A DNA stretch of 56,283 bases from a virus (lineage: Duplodnaviria; Caudoviricetes). The stretch covers positions 1 to 56,283 of the IMG/VR virus record IMGVR_UViG_3300030380_002510; one strand, written 5' to 3'. Below are positions 51,601-56,283 of this stretch, piece by piece. Numbering within the stretch: position 1 is the first letter of the stretch; each line of letters starts with the position of its first letter. Made by a program: the position numbers and the translations under genes. The notes under the pieces are model-generated. The model had not been told where the DNA came from. It saw only the letters and a program-made list of their open reading frames with translations, and ran no database searches.

Positions 51601-54600
51601 TACGGTTCATCTAACTCTTGTATGGGTGCATTAGGTCATTTCCCACACATACGCCCTATGCCTCATAGCCCCGAAGCAAGCCCAAGAATTAACGGTAGGG
51701 CTAATAGTGCGAGTACATCTATCCAAGTTCCTTATCAATGGAATATGGGATTAGGTACTAACGACAGTTGGCATACATCGTATATACATAACAATTCCGA
51801 AGGTAGTCCTTACGGTTCTCATATTAGTGCTTCTGCTAATGCTAATGATACAGATGTAGAAGAAGCACTTAACTCCTTTGAAGGTATCTACAGTCGTGCT
51901 TTCTTAGTAGTAAGTTATGAAAGTGAATTACCTTTAGTAGCCAAAGCCGATAGAGATAACATTAGTGCAACAGGTGATTGGTTATCTGTAGTATCAGCGA
52001 CTAAAGCGGGTACTGCCGCCGCTACTGCTCTTAGATACGCAGGTACAACAACATGGGATGAGCGAATAGCAGGTTATGATAGGTTTACTGCCCCTGCAAA
52101 TGCCGGACCACATGTTGAAGCATTGATAACACCTAACATGAATATTCCGACTAGAGATGGTAATTTCCCAACAGAAGGTGTATATGAAAAATTAAAATTA
52201 CTTGCACAAACTACAAATGACTCAATACAGGGTAATATTACAAATGGAAGTCCAAATATAACAAGTATAAGTTCTACAAGTGGAATAAAAGTAGGTATGT
52301 ACATTCATCATGCCTCATTCCCTGTAAATACTCAAGTGATTAGAATTACAAGTGGTACAGAAATTGAAGTAAGTAATAATGCTACTGCAACTCCGTCAAA
52401 TCCATCGGAGTTTCACTATATTACACTTGGAGATAACAGGACTTCAAATGCTACTCCTTGTTTAAATCCTACAGGAGATTTAATTACAGACCTTAATGTT
52501 AGCCCTGCCGCAGAAAATTTAGATTTACTTACAGGAACAATAAATCACACTAAAAATAAATTTTTATCTAATCACGGTGAGAGTACATTTAGCCCAATAT
52601 ATGCTCAAGACGATAGTTGGATTGGAGATACTAACGCATTCGCTATGGGTGCAAATTCACCTTCACAAAACTTTACAATTGAAAATATTGTATGGAAGCG
52701 TATGGATGGTGGCAATCTAAGTTTACCTGCCGTAAATGCAAGAGGACTTGGTGCGATACCGTTTATTACTCATTATGACCAAGATGGAGAAGTTTACACT
52801 AGGGGAGAAACCATATACGGTAATAATCGTTTTACTTTTGAAACCACAAATAGTGCTATGTTTCCTATTATACAAGCACAAGAACTTATGCACCCTCAAA
52901 TGGCTACTAAGAATCCCGATGAACTAAGAAATGTATTAGTCATACCGAATGAAGAAATGCAATTTAAGTCTGTAAGTGTAGAAGATGATACGGGTCAAAT
53001 ACACACTATAGAAGGCGGCTCTCCGTTTGGTACTATAATTAGAGGTTTTAGAAAAGTGTCTAATAGAGCAAGTGAAGGTTTAGCACCTGCGGTAGATAAT
53101 GGAGATAATTTAGAACCTAATTTAGAAATTCAATTACCCGATGCAAACGCTATACCCGGTAATATTTTAGTTAGGTCCGGCTTCGATAATGTACAAGCAT
53201 ATCAACATGAAACAATAGGTAGTGGTGGTATAATGAGGCCATCACATCAAGGTCATAATGGAGCAGGTGAATTATTTGATGAAAACTTTGCTAAGTTAAG
53301 CGGTTTAAGTAATAATATAAATGAAGGACCAAAATTAGGACCGACTTATGATGATTACGGGTGGGAGCATATAAGTCAAGACTTACACGGTGATATAAAA
53401 TTCCCCGATAGTACTAAATCGGGTTGGGTAAATACTACTAATAATAGCCCTCTAAATACTGCCTATAAACCACATGACAGAAGTTTATATTTCCATATAA
53501 CTAAATCTAATGTTGGACATACAGATAGACACCCTGTACGATATGTTCATTTTGCTAATGCCGGACAAACACCTATTGAAAATAATTTAACAATAACAAA
53601 TATTAATCTTGGTGTATTAACTATCAACACTTCATTAGATTATAACATTTGGGCGGGTATATCAAGTACTTTTGCTACACCACTAACGATAAATCATTTT
53701 GAGCAACATCATAATGCTTACAATACTCAAACAAAATTCTATGCTAAATTTATCAATCAAAGAACAGGAGAATCGGCTATAGGGGTAATACAATGGAGTA
53801 ATAAAACCCCTACTACAATATCACTTAGAGAAAATACCACTAAGTTATTCAAAGTGCTTTGGGGTTTAACTGATGAAGAACACTTTAAGTTAAAACAAAG
53901 TGGATTAGATAGTAATTTTTATAATCAACTTCTTACAGAAAATCAAGGTACACCAAGTGATACTATTACTATACGCCCTTCATATCCTATGCCCGCAGGT
54001 ACAACACGATTTTTTGCGGCAAGAAGAATGCGTGACCACGCAGAAGTAAGCGGTAATAGTCCCGATGCTAAACATCAAATATTGTCTATAGATAGTGGCG
54101 AAGATGAGGAAGATATTAGACTCCCTTATTTTCAACAATTTGGTAATCATAATATTTCTCCTATGGCTATACCAAGAATGGGTCATCACTTTGTAAATGC
54201 TACAATGGCAGTTATGCCGGGTCATTGGGCGCACCCTGCCTATCAAGGACTTTATCACAAACATAGAGCGTGTAGGTCGGCTACTTTAGCAGTTAAAGAA
54301 AAAACTTTAATTGAGGGTCTTACTTCTATTACATCTACTCAAAAAGACCAATTCGCAGTTTATGACCCATTGTTGGTTATCGGTAGTATGACCGCTACAC
54401 CAAGTGGACCAAGTGATATACACGGCGGAGCATTTACGCTTATGTTTGAAAGTAAAATTAAACATGACGGATATGGAATATTAGCATCGCATGGTGAAGC
54501 CGGTAATATCAATAAAGCAGGTGGACATACTATTGTACTTAGAGCGAATGCGGCATATACTTTCAACAATCATTTCCCCGACCCAAGTGTAGTAGGTGCT

Positions 54601-56283
54601 TATCAAATTATTATACAACCTAATGTATTTTCAAATACACTTATTGGTTATCACGCAAATGGACCTGCTAACAATTTACCCGATGGTTCTTCCGTAGGAT
54701 TAACAAGCCAACAAACTGCTTTGGTAGTAGGTATTAGAGAATTAGATACTACTACAGGTGGTTTGGCTTTGATACTTGCTAACGCTACTATGGCCGATGT
54801 AAGAGGTTGTGAAATTATGATTAATGAGGTTATGTTAGACCATGACCCCGACCACGGTAGCCAATTTACTAACATACCACCTTTGATGACATATAATTCA
54901 TTTGGGGTACAAGCAACAGAAGCACCCGCATTTACTCGTCAATCATTACCTTATCACCCTCAAATGTTTGTAGACTCTACACCGGGTATGACTACTAACA
55001 TACCGTGGTGGTCTATAGTACACCCATCTAAACCAACTACACTTACAGGTTCTACAAGCGCAAGAGGATTCCGATTCTTAAGCCATCATCGTTTAGATAA
55101 TTTTTACTTGTTCATAAGAGCGAATGCGGGTAGTATAGGCGCACAACTTACACTCGCAGGTTATCCAAGTTTACATCCTAATGTATATGATTCAGTAATA
55201 AGGAACATCAGTTTAAATCCTCATTGTACATTGGTAAGTAATACTACAACTGTACTCACAGTAGATGATGCAAGCGGTTTTCCTATAGAACCATTATACG
55301 GAGAAGTATTGTCTTACATAGATGTAAACGGTATTAGAAGAACTGCTACTTGGACTTCAAGAAGCGGTAATGATGCTACCAATATGAATAAACCTAAACT
55401 CATCACTCTTACAGGCGCACAAGCAGACTTTACAAATAACTTAGTTGCCGGTACAACAATTATTCGCTTATCAAAACAAAATGATACATTTAGAGATGCG
55501 GCTGAAATATTTACAGATTCGGAAAGAAGTATACTTACAAGAACTTTACCACAGACATTACAAGGAAGTAGAGATACAAACAGTTTACATGTACCCGATG
55601 CTTACATTTGTTTATGGTCGCCTAATTTGGGTAGACCTAATGCTAAATATTTAGAAGGCGGTATATCCCCTACCGATGGTTTCCATGCTCTAGGTACATC
55701 TACAAGTGTAATACCGTTAAACCACATGCCGCAACATTTTGAAACGGTGCATTATCACGATAGTACTTATTATGCAAGTCTTGGTCCTTTCACATTAAAC
55801 ATAGAAACTCCTTCTCCTATTGCCACTAATCCTAGTATCTTTGTTAGTGATGACCGTAAAGTATCAAGTAAAGGTGCTAACACTATTGTCACAAATTCTA
55901 CTACTACAAATGCAGGTGTAACAGTGACATATTCTCAAGGTACAAGAATAAGCGTAGACGGACACATCTACACGGTTGATTCGGATAATGGAACTACTAT
56001 AACAGTGTTTGAAAATACCGCTAATGAAATACCAACAGGAACTACTGTCTTTTTATTCGGTGATGGCTCACCAATTACAGGTTTATCTTTACAAACATTA
56101 AGAGATAGTGAAGGTGGATTATATGATAGCCAAGCCGGTAATCCGTTTAATTTTGCTAATAAACTACAAGCAAAACAAGCAGGGCAAATTGCTAGTGATT
56201 TATATTTTGGTGCATCTATGTTAAACAACTTTTGGCCTTGTGGTAGTAGAGGTGGACCGTTAGTAAGCAGACTTGACGGATAT
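39697..56283 (+). CDS. Giant tail/adsorption protein with N-terminal LamG (concanavalin A-like) domain, >5,529 aa, 3' end outside the window
   Basis: Not in the track because there is no stop. GTG 39697 after GAGGTGA. MVAIGRSSHAFFFDGVSDSIIIP...FAIETWV...LYHVVG...LYVNGQL...VGG...FRGAVE is LamG-like. Frame +1 is open in spot checks, and the track lists no closed ORF in that frame. Confidence 0.88.
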   Translation, partial: MVAIGRSSHAFFFDGVSDSIIIPQGRFTKLGDTTSVGTNQNIRNPSEILSKTGKGKDETTLINSRFDEAFAIETWVVPDCGGVIAEREGQFKLEIGTVDTPGPAKFTVHLDTKNGTKVYTLTTATALNTRWKGIVFPEQEVGSIHDSYNRYDLSNYNDATNLNFNHRPLYHVVGAITQNRINLYVNGQLLVSNYKPKNSKITDSTAHVYVGGKGGDFRGAVESIHFANRFDEQIITPNVPMDNGTSTTALYRFEEPIDVINKEYTITALGSDSASPYSAATDGSTTTLTIAATDAQNLIARLTGKAFDSSNATIDFTKQPYSMGNYNTFNDTTDTTKYVPHVPYNLIINPGAINRDTQKPNQSPPERLRILSINGTTGVITVNSIHLDYVVGDASGLRGIIHSRTVDVDDYFIIVPADILIDVATGKPFQPPHISSQIIDKTGQMILDETLNEQHGLVYSSQMATTASHPNNPFAVIWPTGINEKYQIGHSGRHKFSHIEGHEYMRRFPKPTSLKIDQKITGSADIVEMDYSNTAKGVDRLFVKNQLADFYEENAQTPVSAIVNSSTASLVITNGLVANKEEIIAIDVEDHRPFMLKGPIPEIYDRTTLSKDERYYHLKPETESRVALLHVPTLRTTYNLAPYVEVYYNAIDLTGDSMQAQSTNPTPMLMVEKTVPKGSLALSSTVKVLDVIKADLANANKDSTIFSPGGFIELSSAVVNNNEYFSKTNSLIGDNTGGAEYDLELNFNTTPRKEDFSAGYTPPANANAQPATPPQVVASSHNKSTHPSVYHKLCIEPTSVDSISSLSDLGNKQFKKTVETSNSGAGVFDKGGVNQGSPIFEMFDIIDNIYIGSKQTSARIYIQPSNKSRTNQLQKMRDGVIKGKTPNIMSLYFLMSRTRIRSVKQIDDTESNSVITQITATGIAEEAINENVSLVGSGSPDSHIVKEIEPNAPVVSVTLGGPGQGAINTKPTYDPSPLMRLPGSTRRNCAVKAVSVCTLDTAKTMSVQPLNNNSEDIKSWGTYAFAKKGRIFLSDGANAEYSGKVGAGFFFDDANAISQRKYVSSSGDLFSSFNDWCLGVDLISNQTKGTHSVNETIFNDLDFGYENLCEDGSTVNDRLFQTVEDVVHDYQLGTQYASTRAMVEIPVFPQQFFDSQADGIFPGPDNSMKLHLDATYTAHTWNPSPVGRRVDDIPPNDREANSAYSDNVEDKKYFTSTYITQIIEDGNFLQLHVEDVNIFPKTLGPLDMNNFKNVVSNHRLFIEDEWVYYTNNPITDGYVKIYNKPSTIGNGGFHGFNTKELFEKLTVGCKVSVGVSNPSLKSINSDITTQSSDYENRSAYYHDTGNVQTQGGNLDYGLRQYVSAVEFKAGPLSNPHAPRTKNKRAKATIIQGKQMTGQIYALELDDVEHFIDTNYTLDNSGNPIVGTGDLLVIGKVLSPTPVEVLYLGTQFNSQFSLNTTNNNTILVQFGTGVTVPSLAGVEFRLEKVGRSHLALSNIAQVTTNELTVSTFRPTVTNEIWSFVGTTSATSTTRLEIDCASATRSPVANTIGLNLRPGDMIYRERGNSIDYVGTVALVQSHHNKLFQDDTCDTTNADATISMDSTALLQIGMGVSGAGIPGGATVLSITTPTTFELSANATANNIDTSLTFTYNNNKTTVLLAANNAVALAATDKVRIGINSIVANDGDAILNKSWCNPYAAGGLRNGDTIWCNMTMNNAHAVEGLFAKSRGVFNEAQVYKAFNGGEGQLTNRPRDSIPLENFLIGDNCLETAINFAQHVNKTVELNYEAMGLTGNGLHNTPIAPTVAYIDPYLSSDGHARVLLYDVAHDREFISFHDIHMQVQTSPATPVIGHTRNLATKDGYYQLDNVLSQINGGAPHYLTTQIDVANGFPSENRYLRSTQQSKFIESAYAHNIANQTSNDLYPAAVTDNPVADFIMENPLKNFSGASITDIENEHYMGKGHGHIVHSGLYHESVGTNFHIADSVLPRVEPATQSSFYANKKHNQLRVNKGDTRILPMVRVLKAHRRAQGFSTFTFKDSSTFFDTPDGTRVISAFLCLKGIRNEELNLINHKEFRLHVLPQWKNMDYIRRQTIDFGEVGVKEGVTDIEAAAREIVRMINQGGAKNGRTHARRPSHQYPGESERMDLTRIGVREDINNPNKDPASAHINADFAATGSTHDPAPFWSVEHATTSQDRGSHMGYIRAHIGRVVEDINGVEGFTVVIHSTVPGASGRNFCAWLDNSKGQSSYQPQFLVGHGGRFRNFWCQQDEVMGENMHPAPMPLNKHGRPFAPITTLREMVKSENSIDDVKSNHDYISRLNDDDKARVLSSHVGSGGFSNTIFDESFEAQSQSLTLVEGLRVGTRPVGRINFGGLVATGIPGFSPIVGQFGCGAKGDSSFDSLYGKTTHSYGGYIDGSLINASKIGDSNLYGVKLTDHRGKSYGVRYVYKRIGDNFTNDNTLIPNSLDNEIGIFFDDRDVSQGGFSLGNHIIGSGDTTGQITDTSILSKVNYKGNRWRGVYAPDSLINASVKWESTTDTLTVKFYTDSIFGNTFSGTGLESVEDILGYLGFPKENGVIQLNDTFTGTTAKGSLGNTLSYTTRTQENAHASRTHVFYGVKGSAFTASHTVAGTGIVSTSAGITDTANAHPNPTGEYAYVLISSRMNWTTLLTDEVMAAATEAAINLVDVNKEEGVSFDCTDMLAADGRTLGEWGVSPDAIKLRAFNPNQNIMPISTMFNATLHKDKGIEAAHAEYGLYSSFNQGGTITGLSIKTAGSGYFPSTGVAENVVASIPAISSGFFGSSSSASTGAIDIVSVGGGGNVTSVVIVNGGQGFRVGDEIDLTQQPFGSNGNDDCTVVVTSVSGSLGGQIFSTNADNKPLSDADLLLNKQVFCGYVPKTVLQIESKGRGFHANTPTPVLVDSTNAPIDTSVWAKNLKGVNYTRSRGDHIIPCINELSFGSNTNLQRKSSIATISTTTNNVVAGTGFVKNAIYSTGAKGAVLSANAATQAGSGFNAGGVFNVFGGSGKGMKLNLPSGGPSIPADIGTASNFTAYKLDFGEGYVVGDALHIENDNTFNAGSPTGSATAMKFTVASVSSGEGAKIKVTVVNGEGGITGAQAVDRGKNFVDEDYIRVLPVEDGKEVAMIRVSNIANASISTDFVFTHDRRLHATLVPQSLDDNTQFTRFKSVGERGTFYIGKDKSAVFRSDGTNLLPIVQNEEFINFFESNNFKDRTVMMTRNPNHQINGRRFYGSVDSEPIVFFRGAKDSVDHTVPLYFGGGFSGVTIDINDGTQNDYSSFYTHPYSNGPTGTTGIQHANEISTSFATIDCNALFAFFPGAALVNQNRGSLNPPAYNKDNILSPDVMAGALGNNGSVFSWINSKYSAGVVRQKPTPLILQFAHPTARYEDYSNQTDVNNPSALRHQDVPKVENKTMYIIYGPGQAIPFSESTHNIAGGSFPTNTQEPHPGTVVTVGNTWSKVPYNMNLPNALTNDVNVFAPPTKTFQVNRHAYHYKVPTGHALNWSPPAGIPNVGRLEQRPEHGYHFGEHFNNPRSGKITATNSSEYFKAHPYKHSAMMYFGIAMSADMTWHMDGGYHPGGHWLDNQVAVNFKNHTSGAFVAKWGSTPVHPTAFRVSSKLCKENIDRGRLTGALGNPVDGSTTRAADDYIIVDATRCQNGEELATIIGQAINENPGKGALKALGGTFMPSMGNANRQDRYGWTELTYESYQVNGDIVGDGFSNLPINHGEYFGDGTHSHLSDLVVSVTASISGNAQSVLEQLPACGWIRTDTGGRDFFATGGNMGQIPAFAPYHSREVYLHSAGNYRVRFYLAPNRISGLPFFEDGYSFYNKCQGASGISFPPIQHSSIGGAIVTVNGGTKATQECTKIFVWSKAGVHRFNNENEATRDHMTQVHFSGLVDAIDRTRPVGAVGWAGERYSYLNSLKVETDGGGNKLYAAGLGAWYQKLGFSPYGSSNSCMGALGHFPHIRPMPHSPEASPRINGRANSASTSIQVPYQWNMGLGTNDSWHTSYIHNNSEGSPYGSHISASANANDTDVEEALNSFEGIYSRAFLVVSYESELPLVAKADRDNISATGDWLSVVSATKAGTAAATALRYAGTTTWDERIAGYDRFTAPANAGPHVEALITPNMNIPTRDGNFPTEGVYEKLKLLAQTTNDSIQGNITNGSPNITSISSTSGIKVGMYIHHASFPVNTQVIRITSGTEIEVSNNATATPSNPSEFHYITLGDNRTSNATPCLNPTGDLITDLNVSPAAENLDLLTGTINHTKNKFLSNHGESTFSPIYAQDDSWIGDTNAFAMGANSPSQNFTIENIVWKRMDGGNLSLPAVNARGLGAIPFITHYDQDGEVYTRGETIYGNNRFTFETTNSAMFPIIQAQELMHPQMATKNPDELRNVLVIPNEEMQFKSVSVEDDTGQIHTIEGGSPFGTIIRGFRKVSNRASEGLAPAVDNGDNLEPNLEIQLPDANAIPGNILVRSGFDNVQAYQHETIGSGGIMRPSHQGHNGAGELFDENFAKLSGLSNNINEGPKLGPTYDDYGWEHISQDLHGDIKFPDSTKSGWVNTTNNSPLNTAYKPHDRSLYFHITKSNVGHTDRHPVRYVHFANAGQTPIENNLTITNINLGVLTINTSLDYNIWAGISSTFATPLTINHFEQHHNAYNTQTKFYAKFINQRTGESAIGVIQWSNKTPTTISLRENTTKLFKVLWGLTDEEHFKLKQSGLDSNFYNQLLTENQGTPSDTITIRPSYPMPAGTTRFFAARRMRDHAEVSGNSPDAKHQILSIDSGEDEEDIRLPYFQQFGNHNISPMAIPRMGHHFVNATMAVMPGHWAHPAYQGLYHKHRACRSATLAVKEKTLIEGLTSITSTQKDQFAVYDPLLVIGSMTATPSGPSDIHGGAFTLMFESKIKHDGYGILASHGEAGNINKAGGHTIVLRANAAYTFNNHFPDPSVVGAYQIIIQPNVFSNTLIGYHANGPANNLPDGSSVGLTSQQTALVVGIRELDTTTGGLALILANATMADVRGCEIMINEVMLDHDPDHGSQFTNIPPLMTYNSFGVQATEAPAFTRQSLPYHPQMFVDSTPGMTTNIPWWSIVHPSKPTTLTGSTSARGFRFLSHHRLDNFYLFIRANAGSIGAQLTLAGYPSLHPNVYDSVIRNISLNPHCTLVSNTTTVLTVDDASGFPIEPLYGEVLSYIDVNGIRRTATWTSRSGNDATNMNKPKLITLTGAQADFTNNLVAGTTIIRLSKQNDTFRDAAEIFTDSERSILTRTLPQTLQGSRDTNSLHVPDAYICLWSPNLGRPNAKYLEGGISPTDGFHALGTSTSVIPLNHMPQHFETVHYHDSTYYASLGPFTLNIETPSPIATNPSIFVSDDRKVSSKGANTIVTNSTTTNAGVTVTYSQGTRISVDGHIYTVDSDNGTTITVFENTANEIPTGTTVFLFGDGSPITGLSLQTLRDSEGGLYDSQAGNPFNFANKLQAKQAGQIASDLYFGASMLNNFWPCGSRGGPLVSRLDGY

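Noticed and set aside
39813-56228. Scattered short ORFs suggesting a gene-poor or non-coding 16-kb region
   Set aside because: The region is one continuous + frame ORF from 39697 that the track omitted for lack of a stop codon.
1-56283. tRNA, rRNA, CRISPR array, integrase, or DGR template/variable repeats
   Set aside because: None recognised by eye; intergenic gaps are mostly too short and no reverse transcriptase or recombinase motifs were seen. A covariance-model search was not possible.

Overview
This window is the virion-morphogenesis half of a head-tailed archaeal virus genome (Caudoviricetes). It most resembles magroviruses of marine group II Euryarchaeota (Poseidoniales) and the related large haloviruses. 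That host call rests on the capsid sequence, GGTGA-type ribosome-binding sites and TATA boxes, and was not confirmed by a search. Gene order on +: ART-like/polyprotein genes, a repeat-rich intergenic element, a membrane-protein plus small-GTPase cluster, probable TerS, three large low-complexity proteins, TerL, small basic/Cys-rich proteins, a LAGLIDADG fusion, portal, accessory scaffold-like proteins, an 1851-aa protein with a degenerate DNA-ligase module, prohead protease/scaffold, major capsid protein, decoration-like paralogs, neck, tail tube, chaperones, a short tape measure, a hub protein, and a >5,500-codon LamG-bearing tail protein running off the end. Four ORFs absent from the supplied track were read by hand (<1..753 -, 5423..5593, 14474..14647, 39697..>56283). 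Main candidates for new biology: (1) a viral Arf/Ras-like small GTPase inside a membrane-protein cluster, possibly for membrane remodelling or egress; (2) recurring EPMxxA(W/M)xxLK and hydrophobic-x-K motifs suggesting a capsid-targeting and proteolytic-processing code for packaged cargo; (3) a ligase-fold module with substituted catalytic residues in the head module; (4) apparent avoidance of several short DNA motifs.
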